Assembly: GCA_030650795.1 (NCBI GenBank)
Contig: JAUSDJ010000031.1
Location: 283,413-347,412, forward strand
Origin: Actinomycetota bacterium
Lineage (GTDB): Bacteria > Actinomycetota > Actinomycetes > S36-B12
DNA: 64,000 nucleotides
Direction: 5' to 3'
Numbering within the stretch: position 1 is the first letter of the stretch; the number at the start of each line of letters is the position of its first letter. Both the position numbers and the translations under genes were made by a program. This document shows, piece by piece, positions 32,784 to 44,188 of the stretch. The notes beneath the pieces were generated by a model. It was not told where the DNA came from and ran no database searches. It saw only the letters and a program-made list of their open reading frames with translations.

Positions 32784-34145
32784 TTAGCGATCGACTCCGC
32801 CCATGACGGGATCGATGCTTGCGACCGCAGCGATGACGTCAGCGATCTGACCGCCCTCGCACATTGCCGCGACAGACTGCAGATTCGTGAACGAGGGATC
32901 GCGGAAGTGCACGCGGTATGGCCGAGTTCCGCCAGAGCTCACGAGATGACAGCCAAGCTCGCCTCGGGGTGACTCGATGGCGGTGTAGACCTGCCCAGCG
33001 GGAACACGGAAGCCTTCAGTGACCAGCTTGAAATGATGGATCAGGGCTTCCATTGACTCAGACATGATTTCGCGAATGTGATCCAGCGAATTGCCTTGGC
33101 CGTCGCTGCCAACGGAAAGCTGTGACGGCCAAGCGATCTTCTTGTCCTCGATCATGACCGGCCCGGGCTCTAAACGATCGAGGGCTTGTTCGACGATGCG
33201 CAATGATTGCTCCATCTCACGGATTCGAATGAGGAATCGACCGTAAGCATCCGAAGTATCGGCAGTGACGACATCGAACTCGTAGTTCTCGTAGCCGCAG
33301 TACGGCTGAGTCTTGCGAAGATCATGTGGGAAGCCAGTTGCGCGCAGAATCGGTCCGCTGATGCCCAAGGCCATGCAGCCCGTCAGATCCAGAAAGCCAA
33401 TGCCTGAAGTGCGGCCCATCCAAATGTTGTTGTCAATAAGCAGATTGCCCGTGTCCTTCAAACGAGAGCGCAGTAGCGGAATCGTGTCGCGGATCTGCTG
33501 GACACCATCGGCCGGGAAATCAGTTGCAACGCCGCCGGGCCGGATGTACGCATTGTTCATGCGCAAGCCGGTGATCAATTCAAAGAGTTCAAGTACCAAT
33601 TCACGTTCGCGGAATCCGAAGGTCATCGCTGTCAGGGCACCAAGTTCCATCCCACCTGTTGCAAGTGCGACAAGGTGCGAGGAGATGCGATTGAGCTCCA
33701 TCATGATCACGCGAATAATCGTTGCGCGCTCAGGTATTTGCTCGGTTACGCCGAGCAATTTCTCTATTGCCAGGCAGTAGACCGCTTCGTTGTAGAAGGG
33801 CGCAAGGTAGTCCATGCGCGTGGCATAGGTGACGCCCTGCACGAACGAGCGGTACTCCATGTTCTTCTCGATGCCGGTGTGTAGGTAGCCGATGCCACAG
33901 CGGGCTTCAGTGACAGTTTCGCCATCGATCTCAAGGATGAGTCGGAGCACGCCATGAGTCGAAGGGTGCTGAGGTCCCATGTTGACCACGATGCGCTCGG
34001 TTTCGCCCTCGGGAGCAACGGTGATGGAATCCCAATCGCCGCCGCCGATATTGAATATGCGCCCTTCGGAATCGTCATTGGCGCCCGCGTAGGCATCATT
34101 GGACTGCGAGGGGGCGCTCGTGTATTTGACGTCTTCTGCGGTCAT
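32784..34145 (-). CDS. nuoD: NADH-quinone oxidoreductase subunit D
   Basis: [45 protein letters not shown]. Confidence 0.97.
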   Translation of the reverse strand: MTAEDVKYTSAPSQSNDAYAGANDDSEGRIFNIGGGDWDSITVAPEGETERIVVNMGPQHPSTHGVLRLILEIDGETVTEARCGIGYLHTGIEKNMEYRSFVQGVTYATRMDYLAPFYNEAVYCLAIEKLLGVTEQIPERATIIRVIMMELNRISSHLVALATGGMELGALTAMTFGFRERELVLELFELITGLRMNNAYIRPGGVATDFPADGVQQIRDTIPLLRSRLKDTGNLLIDNNIWMGRTSGIGFLDLTGCMALGISGPILRATGFPHDLRKTQPYCGYENYEFDVVTADTSDAYGRFLIRIREMEQSLRIVEQALDRLEPGPVMIEDKKIAWPSQLSVGSDGQGNSLDHIREIMSESMEALIHHFKLVTEGFRVPAGQVYTAIESPRGELGCHLVSSGGTRPYRVHFRDPSFTNLQSVAAMCEGGQIADVIAAVASIDPVMGGVDR

Positions 34146-34888
34146 GAGTTGTACGACCTCCGCTGATCTGGTGGCGGAATGGTCGCACCCTTGTATTCAA
34201 CTGGGATGCCACCGAGTGGGTAGTCCTTGCGCTGCGGATGCCCGGGCCAATCATCAGGCATCAGGATTCGAGTCAACACTGGGTGGCCGTCGAACACGAT
34301 GCCGAAAAGATCGAAAGTCTCGCGCTCATGCCAGTCGTTCGTGGGGTAGACACCAACAGATGAAGGGATGTGCGGATCGCTGTCGGGCGCTGTGACTTCA
34401 ACACGGACGCGGCGGTTATGCGTGATGGAAAGCAGGTGGTAGACCGCGTGAAATTCGCGGGTCAGATCGCTTGGGTAGTGAACGCCGCTAACTCCACTTG
34501 AGAATTCGAAGCGAAGCCCCGGCTCATCGCGCAGTGCGGACAGCACGCCGACCAGCAGATCGCGGCGAATGAAGAAACTGATCTCTTCACGATCAACGAC
34601 GACCTTCTCAATTGCGCTGCCAGAGTCGATGCCGCGTGCCGTCAGGGAAAGTTCGAGTTCATCGGCGACTTCGTCGAACCAGCCGCCGTAGGGACGAGCG
34701 CTCGGCTCTGGCATGTGCATGAGTTCAACGAGTCCACCAAAACCACTGGTGTCACCTGAACCTTCAACTCCGAAGGCACCCTCGCGGACGTGAAATACTT
34801 CGAACTGGCTGACTCCCTCTGGTACTACAGGGACAGGCACTACAGGGACAGGCACTACTGACACCGGCGCAGCCGGCGTATCGGTCAT
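34142..34888 (-). CDS. nuoC: NADH-quinone oxidoreductase subunit C
   Basis: [37 protein letters not shown]. Confidence 0.96.
   Translation of the reverse strand: MTDTPAAPVSVVPVPVVPVPVVPEGVSQFEVFHVREGAFGVEGSGDTSGFGGLVELMHMPEPSARPYGGWFDEVADELELSLTARGIDSGSAIEKVVVDREEISFFIRRDLLVGVLSALRDEPGLRFEFSSGVSGVHYPSDLTREFHAVYHLLSITHNRRVRVEVTAPDSDPHIPSSVGVYPTNDWHERETFDLFGIVFDGHPVLTRILMPDDWPGHPQRKDYPLGGIPVEYKGATIPPPDQRRSYNS
34824..34858. repeat. 15-nt tandem repeat (2.3 copies) in nuoC 5' region
   Basis: actacagggacaggc x2 + actac; encodes [12 protein letters not shown]. Confidence 0.9.
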
Positions 34889-35439
34889 CGCAGAAGCCCC
34901 TTGCTTTCCAAGGTGGTGGGAGCAACAAGGGCGTGTGCCTCGAGTTCACGCATCTGCTCGCGTCGGTGTGCGCCGAGCTTCATGTCCTGGATCTCCTCAT
35001 GCAGCTTGAGAATTGCGTCGATCAGCATTTCTGGGCGAGGAGGGCAGCCGGGCAGATAGATATCGACCGGCACGACGTGGTCAACGCCTTGCACGATTGC
35101 GTAGTTGTTGAACATGCCACCGCTTGAGGCACAGACGCCCATGGCTAGCACCCACTTGGGGTTGGGCATCTGGTCGTAGATCTGGCGCAGAACAGGAGCC
35201 ATCTTCTGGCTGACACGACCGGCGACAATCATGAGATCGGCCTGGCGTGGCGAAGCCCGGAAAACCTCCATGCCAAAGCGCGCGATGTCGAAGCGAGGAC
35301 CACCGACGGCCATCATTTCAATTGCACAGCAGGCCAGTCCAAAAGTGGCGGGCCAAAGGGAGCCCTTGCGGGCATAGCCGGCAACCTTTTCAACCGTCGT
35401 CAGCAAGACCCCCGACGGCAGATTCTCTTCAAGGCCCAT
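34885..35439 (-). CDS. nuoB: NADH-quinone oxidoreductase subunit B
   Basis: [34 protein letters not shown]. Confidence 0.97.
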   Translation of the reverse strand: MGLEENLPSGVLLTTVEKVAGYARKGSLWPATFGLACCAIEMMAVGGPRFDIARFGMEVFRASPRQADLMIVAGRVSQKMAPVLRQIYDQMPNPKWVLAMGVCASSGGMFNNYAIVQGVDHVVPVDIYLPGCPPRPEMLIDAILKLHEEIQDMKLGAHRREQMRELEAHALVAPTTLESKGLLR

Positions 35440-35451
35440 GACTACTCCCGG

Positions 35452-35811
35452 TCAATCCCACTCAAGACCACGTCGACGCCATACGTAGGCGTACACAACG
35501 AGGACGGTTGCGATGAACAGCACCATTTCAACCAAGCCAAAAATGGCCATGTGATCAAAGGCGACTGCCCAGGGATACAAGAACACAATCTCAATGTCGA
35601 ACACGATGAACAGCATCGCCGTCAGGTAGTACTTCACCGGAAATCGACCACCACCAACAGGTTGCGGGGTCGGTTCAATACCGCATTCGTAGGCATCAAC
35701 CTTTGCGCGGTTGTAGCGCTTTGGGCCGGTCAGCGGTGCGATGACCGCTGAGAACAGTGCGAAGGCGAAAGCCAGTGCGCCCAATACCAGGATTGGGGTA
35801 TAGACGTTCAC
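35452..35811 (-). CDS. nuoA: NADH-quinone oxidoreductase subunit A
   Basis: YECGIEP, KYYLTAMLFIVFDIEIVFLYPWA. Confidence 0.97.
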   Translation of the reverse strand: MNVYTPILVLGALAFAFALFSAVIAPLTGPKRYNRAKVDAYECGIEPTPQPVGGGRFPVKYYLTAMLFIVFDIEIVFLYPWAVAFDHMAIFGLVEMVLFIATVLVVYAYVWRRRGLEWD

Positions 35812-35854
35812 CTACGACTCCTCACATTCAGAACTCGGCGGCCAGATTGCGCGA

Positions 35855-35872
35855 TTGTGAACACATTTACGA
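35855..35872. promoter_or_regulatory. Putative Rex operator upstream of nuoA
   Basis: TTGTGAACACATTTACGA vs consensus TTGTGAA-N4-TTCACAA (2 mismatches); rex gene present in window. Confidence 0.7.
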
Positions 35873-35907
35873 CCTTCGTAAGCATAGTGGCGAGCCAATA
35901 CTCCGTG

Positions 35908-36600
35908 TTAAGGGTTCACTGCACGATGGATGGCCACGATGCCGCCGGTCAAGTTGCGCCATTGCACGCCCAGAAATCCGCTGGCCAGCAACTCATCTGC
36001 TAACTCAGCTTGAACTGGCCACGCGCGAATCGACTCAGCCAAGTACACGTACGCCTCTGGGTTACTTGCGACCTTGGTAGCAACTGCAGGCAGTGCGCGC
36101 ATCAGATATTCGGTATAGACCTTGCGAATCGGTGCCACCGTTGGATGCGAGAACTCGCAGATGACGAGCCGACCGCCTGGTCGAAGCACCCGTCGAAATT
36201 CAGCCAGCCCCGCCGCGCGATCAGAGAGGTTGCGAAGCCCAAAGGAGATCGTGGCCGCGTCGAAGGAATCATCGCGGTACGGCAGATGCAGCCCATCACC
36301 AGCGACAAAGGGAAGATTCGGCTGGCGTTGGCGTCCAACGCGGAGCATTCCAAGCGAGAAATCCGTCGGGAATACGTGCGCGCCAGCCTCGGCAAAGGGC
36401 ACGCTTGATGTGCCCGTTCCGGCGGCAAGATCAAGAATCAGCTCACCTGGCTGCGGGCGAACGGCTGAGACCACAGCTCGTCGCCAGATTCGGGTCTGCC
36501 CCAGGGCCAACACGTCATTGGTGATGTCGTAGCGCTGAGCCACTCCGTCGAACATGGCCGCTACGTCGGTCGGCGTTTTGGTCAGGTCGGCTCTTATCAC
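35908..36600 (-). CDS. menG: Demethylmenaquinone methyltransferase
   Basis: [41 protein letters not shown]. Confidence 0.95.
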   Translation of the reverse strand: MIRADLTKTPTDVAAMFDGVAQRYDITNDVLALGQTRIWRRAVVSAVRPQPGELILDLAAGTGTSSVPFAEAGAHVFPTDFSLGMLRVGRQRQPNLPFVAGDGLHLPYRDDSFDAATISFGLRNLSDRAAGLAEFRRVLRPGGRLVICEFSHPTVAPIRKVYTEYLMRALPAVATKVASNPEAYVYLAESIRAWPVQAELADELLASGFLGVQWRNLTGGIVAIHRAVNP

Positions 36601-36650
36601 GCCCGCATCCTTGCACCGCCAGCTCGCATCACCACATCTAGGCTGGTGTC

Positions 36651-37937
36651 ATGCCAGAACCTCACGCCGATCCGGCCAAGTCCGTCCCGCGTGCACCTGA
36701 GCGGCACGGAGCACCACTCCAAGTGCGCACTCGTCCTCTCGATGATCCACGCAATCTGTTTTCGCTATTGCCCTCGGGCGACGCGGTCACGTGGGTTCGC
36801 AATGGCGAGGGAATGGTCGGCTGGGGCGTGGCTGCAAGCCTTGAAGTCAGCGGCGCAGAGCGCTTCAGTCGAGCTCAGCGTTGGTGGTCACAATTGTGTG
36901 CCAGTGCCGCGATCGACGACACCGTTGCGATGCCCGGAACGGGGCCAGTTGCCTTCGCATCATTCGCCTTTGACCCCGAGCCCGGCAGCTCGATCATGAT
37001 CGTTCCTCGCGTGCTGATTGGTCGTCGGCGCGGACAGTCGTGGATCACCGTCATCGGCTCCGATGGCGATCCACGCAGTGAACTGCGCGCCGTCAGCGTT
37101 CCGAATCAACCGCAGAACGTTCAATGGACACAGGGAACTCGCTCGCCACTGGAATGGCAGCAAGCAGTCGAAGAGGCCATCGCACGCATCGATCGCCGCG
37201 AACTCGACAAAGTCGTGCTCGCGCGCGATGTCTTTGCCACAGTCGACGCACCTCTAGATGCACGAGCAATGCTGAGTTCTCTGGCGAACTCATATCCCTC
37301 GTGCTGGACCTTCGGTGTCGGCGGCTTGATTGGTGCAACCCCAGAACTTCTCGTTCGGCGCACTGGCGACCTCGTCACCAGCCGAGTGTTGGCCGGAACC
37401 GTGCGCCGTCAAGGCGACGCCGCCGCCGACGCGAGCATGGCCGAAGCCCTACTGGCCAGCCCGAAGGATCTGTCTGAACATGAGTACGCCGTGCGCTCAG
37501 TTGCGCGAGCACTGGCCGCGCACTGCACTGACCTCGAAGTGCCTGATGGACCTCATGTGCTGCAACTTCCGAATGTTCAACATCTCAGCACAGACGTCAC
37601 TGGTCGATTAGCTGACGACGTTCCAGTCTTGGCTCTAGCGGCCCTCCTGCATCCGACCGCCGCAGTGTGTGGCACACCAACGGAACGCGCGCTTGAAGTC
37701 ATTCGTGAGCTGGAGGGCATGGATCGTGGACGCTACGCCGGACCGGTTGGTTGGTGCGATGCGCACGGCGACGGTGAATTCGGCATCGCCTTGCGATGCG
37801 CACAAGTAGATCAGGAGCAGGGCCGCATCCGCGCGTTCGCTGGGTGCGGCATCGTCTCGGGATCCGATGCCGCACAAGAACTGGCGGAATCAAGCGCCAA
37901 ACTTGTGCCGATCAGAGATTCACTCGCCGGGGACTGA
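36651..37937 (+). CDS. menF: Isochorismate synthase
   Basis: KVVLAR, GATPELL, LAGT, KDLSEH, LHPTAAVCG, RGRYAGPVGW, AGCGIV; located among men genes. Confidence 0.9.
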   Translation: MPEPHADPAKSVPRAPERHGAPLQVRTRPLDDPRNLFSLLPSGDAVTWVRNGEGMVGWGVAASLEVSGAERFSRAQRWWSQLCASAAIDDTVAMPGTGPVAFASFAFDPEPGSSIMIVPRVLIGRRRGQSWITVIGSDGDPRSELRAVSVPNQPQNVQWTQGTRSPLEWQQAVEEAIARIDRRELDKVVLARDVFATVDAPLDARAMLSSLANSYPSCWTFGVGGLIGATPELLVRRTGDLVTSRVLAGTVRRQGDAAADASMAEALLASPKDLSEHEYAVRSVARALAAHCTDLEVPDGPHVLQLPNVQHLSTDVTGRLADDVPVLALAALLHPTAAVCGTPTERALEVIRELEGMDRGRYAGPVGWCDAHGDGEFGIALRCAQVDQEQGRIRAFAGCGIVSGSDAAQELAESSAKLVPIRDSLAGD

Positions 37938-37942
37938 CGCAA

Positions 37943-39733
37943 TCACGCTGTTGCAAGAGTCTGATCTATCGCAGTCTTCACCTGGCTGAGAATCGCGGCC
38001 TCATGATCGCGCGCGCAGGTGCGAGCAACAATCACGTGGACTCCCCCAACTTCAAGTGCAGCTTTCAAGGCTTCGTCTATTTCGGAAACTGAGGTAGCCA
38101 CAACGCATGGGAAGCCCAAGGCCGCCACGCTCGCCGGGATGTCTGCATCAAGAGGGGTGCCGAATACGCGATCAAATGCCGCAGCGAACTGCGGTTGTCC
38201 TTGCTCGAGTTGCGAGAAGATTCCGCCGCCGTTGTTATCACTGACGACGAACACGAGATCAGGAATGTCCTCGCTGGCCGGGACGCGCAAGGCATTGAGG
38301 TCATAGAGAAAAGTGAGATCTCCAACGAGTGCAACGCATCCGGCTTCACTCTCGCGTTGCGCAGCGATCGCCGCACCCCACGCGGTTGAGATGCATCCAT
38401 CAATGCCGGACGTGCCTCTGTTAGCAAGGGTCACCGCACTGCCCGTGGCATTCGCGGCGAAGTTGAAAACATGGCGAGCTGGCCAGGAAGGCCCAACAAA
38501 GAACAGGCCATCCTCCGGGACGGCTTGACCACAAGCCCGTGCCACATGCATGCCCGTCAGCTGCATCGATGGGCCAGCGAGCACGGTCTCGATTGCTGCT
38601 GCTGCCAACAGGTCGGCGCGCTGCCATGACTCCAGCCAGTCAGTGCCCAAATCGGCAATGGTTGGAGGCAGCGGGCAAGCAGCAACCACTACATCTGCAG
38701 AGCGCATCGGATCGCTCCATTGCGGTTGCGGATCAACTGCAATATGCACTTTGGCCGCAAGGATGTGCTTGTTGATATCTCGGCTGAGCCCTACGTGACC
38801 AACAGTGATGAGCACATCGGGGACATGAGCCTCAGCGAATGCCGAGCTGGCGAGCAAGAGTGCGCCGTGGGCGAGTGCCGTGTCACAGGTCGAGACGTTG
38901 CCGCTGGGCTCACCGATGATCGGCCAACCCAATGCATCTCCGAGTTCATCGACCAGATCGCTGGCCTCACCATCAGCATGATCGCCAACAATGATGAGCC
39001 CCCGTTCGGGAATGGTCGGATCATCGAGCAGCATTTCAAGAATCTCATCGATCGGCAGACCCATGCCTGCCATCAATCGGGCGTCGGCCGTCCATGGACG
39101 GCCGTCAGCTCTGCCAGCAAGCGGGCCGGACTTCATCATCTCCCGTTGTTCCTCAGGAGTCTGTTCGGAGTCGGGGACCAGCGGCTCGTTGAATTGCACA
39201 TTGACGTGCACCGGACCGGAGCGCATGACATCTGTCGTGGAGGCCACGGCTCGCGAAACAGTTGACCGCCACACGCGAACCTGTGCGCTGAGGTTCGCAT
39301 CGCTCATGTCAGTCGAAGGTGCAGCAATGTCGATCAGTTCGCGCACGCTGGTGCCGAACACGCCGACCTGATTTATCGTCTGATTTGCACCGATGCCGCG
39401 AAGGGCCGCAGGCCGATCAGCCGTCAGCGCAATCATCGGCACATTGGAATGATCGGCTTCCACCATCGCTGGATGCAGGTTCACCACGGCGGTGCCTGAA
39501 GTCGTGACAATCACGGCTGGCACCCCGCTGACCTTGCCAAGTCCGAGGGCTAGGAAACCAGCTGATCGCTCATCAACGCGCACGTGCAATGTGAGATCGC
39601 CGCGGCCTTCAGCAGCCGCCAAGGCCAGTGCGAGTGCGGCTGAGCGCGAGCCTGGTGCAAGCACAACGTCTGTGATTCCGCAGCGAATGAGCTCATCGAC
39701 GATGACTCGAGCCATCGCGGTTGCTGGGTTCAC
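37943..39733 (-). CDS. menD: SEPHCHC synthase
   Basis: APGSRSAAL, VDERSAGFLALG, TTSGTA, NRGTSGIDG, GDLTFLYD, NNGGGIF. Confidence 0.96.
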   Translation of the reverse strand: MNPATAMARVIVDELIRCGITDVVLAPGSRSAALALALAAAEGRGDLTLHVRVDERSAGFLALGLGKVSGVPAVIVTTSGTAVVNLHPAMVEADHSNVPMIALTADRPAALRGIGANQTINQVGVFGTSVRELIDIAAPSTDMSDANLSAQVRVWRSTVSRAVASTTDVMRSGPVHVNVQFNEPLVPDSEQTPEEQREMMKSGPLAGRADGRPWTADARLMAGMGLPIDEILEMLLDDPTIPERGLIIVGDHADGEASDLVDELGDALGWPIIGEPSGNVSTCDTALAHGALLLASSAFAEAHVPDVLITVGHVGLSRDINKHILAAKVHIAVDPQPQWSDPMRSADVVVAACPLPPTIADLGTDWLESWQRADLLAAAAIETVLAGPSMQLTGMHVARACGQAVPEDGLFFVGPSWPARHVFNFAANATGSAVTLANRGTSGIDGCISTAWGAAIAAQRESEAGCVALVGDLTFLYDLNALRVPASEDIPDLVFVVSDNNGGGIFSQLEQGQPQFAAAFDRVFGTPLDADIPASVAALGFPCVVATSVSEIDEALKAALEVGGVHVIVARTCARDHEAAILSQVKTAIDQTLATA

Positions 39734-39762
39734 CGGCTCACCATTGCACGTCTGAGTTCAGC

Positions 39763-40791
39763 TCATGCACTTGAGGTGATCACTTTCTGCCAAGCCTCGG
39801 ATGCTCCCGCCTCCCAAGCACGGCCGACGCGCTCGTGCCAGAACTGCACGCGTTCTGGCACAAGAAGTTGCTGCGCAGCCTGGAGGGAACCTGCGTCCGG
39901 GGACAGCCGCTGAACCCGCATCACCCCGCCCACTGGAACCAGAGGATTCACGACCAGGTCAGTGGCAAGAAGCGCACCTGTGCCCAAGCCGCAAGCGCGA
40001 TCAACGTCAAGGGCAGCAGCCAGTGCGAGAGCGGCACAAAGTCCGATCGAGGAATCCATCGAACTACTGACAACAACAGGTAATTTGACCAACTCAGCAA
40101 TCTCCAGCGCACGCCGAACCCCACCTACTGGCGATGGCTTGATGATTGCCACGTCCGCAATCTCTGCCAACTCGCTCAATGCCCGGGGGTCGATGCCACG
40201 ATCACTTCGGATGGACTCATCCACAGCGATCGGCACATCCACTGCCGCCCTGACCGTGCGCAGTTCTTCCTTGCTGGGTACCGGCTGCTCTACATATTCC
40301 AGACCGTAGGCAGCCAGCCGGTGCAGCGAGCTGATGGCCTGCGGGGCATTCCAACAGGCATTGGCGTCGATGCGAATCAACCCAACTCCGTAGCCAAGGG
40401 TGGCGTCCAGGGCTTCGCGGATTGCCGCCACTCGAGCCTCGTCGGAGGTGTCCTCGCCAGTGATCTTGACCTTGATGGTCGTGCAGCCATCGCGAACGAC
40501 AGCTTGTTCAGCGAGCTCTCGTGCGACTGCGGGACTGACCGCGGGAATGATCGCATTCACGTTGATCGTTGACCGCTGCGCTTGCGGCCACGTTCCGAAG
40601 GCTGACTCGATCGCAGCACCCAGCCAACGGCTCGCCGCTTGGTCGTCGTAATCCTCAAAGGGTGAGAATTCGCCCCATCCCGAAGGACCCTGAATCAGCA
40701 TGCCCTCGCGAACTGTGACTCCGCGAAACTCACGGTGCAGCCGAACTGCGAAGGGCACCGCACCTTGCAGGAGTGAGCCCAGTGCGGTCAC
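39763..40791 (-). CDS. menC: o-succinylbenzoate synthase
   Basis: [41 protein letters not shown]. Confidence 0.92.
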   Translation of the reverse strand: MTALGSLLQGAVPFAVRLHREFRGVTVREGMLIQGPSGWGEFSPFEDYDDQAASRWLGAAIESAFGTWPQAQRSTINVNAIIPAVSPAVARELAEQAVVRDGCTTIKVKITGEDTSDEARVAAIREALDATLGYGVGLIRIDANACWNAPQAISSLHRLAAYGLEYVEQPVPSKEELRTVRAAVDVPIAVDESIRSDRGIDPRALSELAEIADVAIIKPSPVGGVRRALEIAELVKLPVVVSSSMDSSIGLCAALALAAALDVDRACGLGTGALLATDLVVNPLVPVGGVMRVQRLSPDAGSLQAAQQLLVPERVQFWHERVGRAWEAGASEAWQKVITSSA

Positions 40792-41720
40792 GGGCGCTTT
40801 GGGAACTTCGAGAAGTCTGGCTGACGCTTCTCCTTGTAGGCGTCGCGGCCTTCCTGGGCTTCCTCGCTCATATAGAAGAGCAGGGTGGCATCGCCCGCGA
40901 GTTGCTGAATGCCAGCCAAGCCATCATCGGCAGCATTGTGCGAGGCCTTGAGCATGCGAAGAGCCAATGGCGAGAGGGCGAGCATCTCTTTGGCGATATC
41001 AACGGTGGCAATCTCAAGATCCTCCAGCGGCACGACCTCGTTGACCAGTCCCCAGTCATAGGCCTGAGCAGCGCCGTACTGACGGCACAGATACCAGATT
41101 TCGCGGGCACGCTTTTGTCCGATGATTCGCGCGAGCAAACCCGAGCCATAGCCACCGTCGAAGGAACCGACCTTGGGACCGGTCTGGCCAAAGCGCGCAT
41201 TATCGGCAGCAATGGTCATATCGCAGACGACGTGAAGCACATGCCCGCCGCCAATGGAGTACCCAGCAACCATCGCGATCACTGGCTTGGGGATTCGCCG
41301 GATGAGAATTTGCAGATCGAGAACATTCAGTCGGCCGACTCCAGCCTGAGCGACAGCATCGTCGCCGATATAGCCATCGTCTCCGCGAATGATCTGATCG
41401 CCACCAGAGCAAAAGGCCCAATCTCCTTGGCCGGTGAGAATGATGACGCCAATACGGCCGTCGTCGCGGGCCAAAGTGAAGGCTTCGATCAGCTCAATGA
41501 TGGTCTGGGGCCGAAAGGCGTTGCGCTTGTCTGGGCGGTTGATCGTGATCTTGGCGATGCCTGCCGCGTGACCTGTAGACAACTCGTACTTGATGTCGCG
41601 AAAAGCCCGTCCAGATTCCCATTCGCAAGCCGCCACCGCCGAGGAGTGCTCGGGATTTGTTAAGGCTGGTGAGTTGGCCGCAACGACCGGTGGCAGGGTG
41701 TAACGCGTACGGGTATCCAT
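40788..41720 (-). CDS. menB: 1,4-dihydroxy-2-naphthoyl-CoA synthase
   Basis: [41 protein letters not shown]; start 41720 supported by TACCGT -10 7 nt upstream. Confidence 0.95.
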   Translation of the reverse strand: MDTRTRYTLPPVVAANSPALTNPEHSSAVAACEWESGRAFRDIKYELSTGHAAGIAKITINRPDKRNAFRPQTIIELIEAFTLARDDGRIGVIILTGQGDWAFCSGGDQIIRGDDGYIGDDAVAQAGVGRLNVLDLQILIRRIPKPVIAMVAGYSIGGGHVLHVVCDMTIAADNARFGQTGPKVGSFDGGYGSGLLARIIGQKRAREIWYLCRQYGAAQAYDWGLVNEVVPLEDLEIATVDIAKEMLALSPLALRMLKASHNAADDGLAGIQQLAGDATLLFYMSEEAQEGRDAYKEKRQPDFSKFPKRP

Positions 41721-41753
41721 GACCGGAACGGTATCGCGACTACGCTTCACGGA

Positions 41754-42980
41754 ATGCCTGACCGACCACTCGCTCGCATCCCGGTGCCACCTGGAGCAGA
41801 CGGGGTAGTCGCGTTGATCGAGCCTCTGCGCAGGGCTCTGGATGGCACTGGTCCAGCAATTGCGCCAATTCCCATCGTCAGTGCCACCACCTCCAATGAG
41901 TACGTCAGCCAACTGCTCCGCGCAACGCGCCCAGCCGATTCTTCGCAGCCGCTTGAGTCAGACGAAATCGCCGTGGTGATGGCCACCTCTGGCTCGACTC
42001 AGAACCCAAAAGGGGTCATGCACAGCGCTTCTACCCTCACCGCGCTGACGCGCGCAGCACTTGGCCCTGTGAACTCTGTTCCTCAGTGGATTGCCGCCTT
42101 GCCGGTGACGTCCATGGGTGGCATCAATGTGCTGATCCGCTCGTCAGGCACCGGGCTGGACCCCATTGCGGTCAGCAGTGTCGGAGGGGCTGCGCCCTTC
42201 ACTCCGAAGGCATTCAATGAGGCTTTCGTCGCAGCGCTCATACGGTCACCAGATGTGCGCGTCTCATTGGTAGCCGCGCAATTGCGAAGGCTGCTTGCGG
42301 ATCCAGCAGCCGCTGCGGCGCTACAACAGTGCTCGCAGATTCTGATCGGTGGCGGTCCGCTGCCACTGCAGACTGCAGAAGCAGCGCGCGCAGCCAAAGT
42401 CGATCTCACCACCACCTATGGGGCCACCGAGACTGCTGGTGGTTGCGTATTCAACGGTCATCCACTCGCTGGCGTCGACATAGCAATTGACGAACACGAC
42501 GCCCAGATCATCCTTTCCGGACCGATGGTGGCCTTGGGCTATCGCTGCGAGCCTGAGCTCACCGCACGACAATTCGTCAACGGCGCGTACCTGACCGGAG
42601 ACACCGGCATATTCGCAAAGCTGCTCAGCGTGACCGGCCGGCTCGACGATGTGGCAACGATCAATGGTGTCAATGTCTCCGTGCACGCCGTTGAGGAAGG
42701 CCTCAACAGCCACGCGGCTGTGCACTCATGCGCCGTCATGATTGAGACTGACGGCAGCGGGGACACTCAACTCTTCGCGGCCATCACCCTTGGGCAAGTG
42801 GAAGTTGATGCAGAAGAGCTGAAGACTCAATTGCGCGCGGCTATTCGCCAGAACCTCGGAACAGCAGCAGTGCCGAGGTTCTTTGCAATCCTCGAGAGCC
42901 TGCCGATGCTGCCCAATGGAAAGGTTGACCGACGAGTCCTCAAAGGACTCATCGGTGATGGAGCGACATGGCAACGCTGA
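41754..42980 (+). CDS. menE: o-succinylbenzoate-CoA ligase
   Basis: [34 protein letters not shown]; men cluster context. Confidence 0.88.
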   Translation: MPDRPLARIPVPPGADGVVALIEPLRRALDGTGPAIAPIPIVSATTSNEYVSQLLRATRPADSSQPLESDEIAVVMATSGSTQNPKGVMHSASTLTALTRAALGPVNSVPQWIAALPVTSMGGINVLIRSSGTGLDPIAVSSVGGAAPFTPKAFNEAFVAALIRSPDVRVSLVAAQLRRLLADPAAAAALQQCSQILIGGGPLPLQTAEAARAAKVDLTTTYGATETAGGCVFNGHPLAGVDIAIDEHDAQIILSGPMVALGYRCEPELTARQFVNGAYLTGDTGIFAKLLSVTGRLDDVATINGVNVSVHAVEEGLNSHAAVHSCAVMIETDGSGDTQLFAAITLGQVEVDAEELKTQLRAAIRQNLGTAAVPRFFAILESLPMLPNGKVDRRVLKGLIGDGATWQR

Positions 42981-43843
42981 ACCAATGGATTGCCGGCTCT
43001 CGGCCGCGCACCCTTCCGTCAGCAATCGCGCCCGTGGCCATTGGCGCGGGATTGGTCGCTCGGCAGGATTCCTTCATCGCAGTGCGCGCACTTCTCGCAT
43101 TGATCGTCGCCCTCGCCTTGCAAGTCGGGGTCAACTACGCCAACGACTACAGCGACGGCATCAAGGGGACCGATGAAATTCGCATTGGGCCTGTGCGGCT
43201 GGTCGGGCAGGGGCTAGTTGCGCCTGGGCTGGTCAAGATGGCTGCCTTCGCAAGCTTCGGGCTTGCCATGCTTGCCGGACTTGCGCTTGTGCTGATCACA
43301 TCGGAGTGGTGGCTGCTCCTTGTCGGAGCGGCATCGATTGCGGCCGCATGGTTCTACACCGGCGGCAAGCATCCGTATGGCTATTTCGGTCTAGGTGAGA
43401 TTTTCGTCTTCATCTTCTTTGGAATAGTTCCAGTGTTGGGCACGGTCTACGTCCAGGCGCTGAGCATCGCTGCACCCGATGTCGTTGCAGCATGTGCAGT
43501 GGGCTTCTTGATCTGCACCTTGCTCATCGTCAACAACCTGCGCGACATCCCAACTGATCGCATCGCCGGGAAGCGAACCTTGGCTGTCGCTCTCGGAGAT
43601 AAGCGCACTCGTGCGATGTACGCCTTGTTCATGCTGCTCACATTTGCGCTGACGATTTTTCTCGCGGCGATGACAAGTTGGTGGGTGCTGCTTGCGCTGC
43701 TCGCATTTGTGCTCGCACTCCGCCCGCTGCGGATCGTTCTAGGTGGCGGTGTCGGTTCGGTGCTCGTCACCGTCTTGAAGATGACTGGGATCCTGGTGCT
43801 CGACTACGGCTTGCTCACTGCTGGCCTGCTCGCCTGGTCGTGA
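42968..43843 (+). CDS. menA: 1,4-dihydroxy-2-naphthoate polyprenyltransferase
   Basis: SRPRTLP, NYANDYSDG, YTGG..PYGY, NNLRD..TD..AGKRTL. Confidence 0.95.
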   Translation: MATLNQWIAGSRPRTLPSAIAPVAIGAGLVARQDSFIAVRALLALIVALALQVGVNYANDYSDGIKGTDEIRIGPVRLVGQGLVAPGLVKMAAFASFGLAMLAGLALVLITSEWWLLLVGAASIAAAWFYTGGKHPYGYFGLGEIFVFIFFGIVPVLGTVYVQALSIAAPDVVAACAVGFLICTLLIVNNLRDIPTDRIAGKRTLAVALGDKRTRAMYALFMLLTFALTIFLAAMTSWWVLLALLAFVLALRPLRIVLGGGVGSVLVTVLKMTGILVLDYGLLTAGLLAWS

Positions 43844-44122
43844 GCTCTCCGGCTCCTCCCAGTAGTCCTCTGCCGCTGCAGACTTTTCAATCCGGTCGTT
43901 GATCCGACCGAAGAAGGCACCTACGCCTTCGCTCATCGAATCTCGCTGCCGGTCAAGCACGACAATGCTGATCGCGCCAGAGAGCAGCAACGAGATCGCG
44001 AGCGCAAGCACACCCTTGACTGGAGTCAAGAACTGGAGGATCGCCCAGACTCCAAGCCAGAGCAGGACTCGAAGTCCGGTGTAGATGGCGAGGTTCTTGG
44101 CTCGAGTGCGGTCAACGGTCAC
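43739..44122 (-). CDS. DUF4229-like small membrane protein
   Basis: YTGLR, two TM helices, LD.QR; TACGGT -10 six nt upstream of GTG. Confidence 0.7.
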   Translation of the reverse strand: MTVDRTRAKNLAIYTGLRVLLWLGVWAILQFLTPVKGVLALAISLLLSGAISIVVLDRQRDSMSEGVGAFFGRINDRIEKSAAAEDYWEEPESSRPGEQASSEQAVVEHQDPSHLQDGDEHRTDTAT

Positions 44123-44188
44123 GGCTCAACCGTATGCGAAGAACGAAAGGGGAGTTCACGGGAGTTAGGCTGACTGCTGGAGGTTGCA

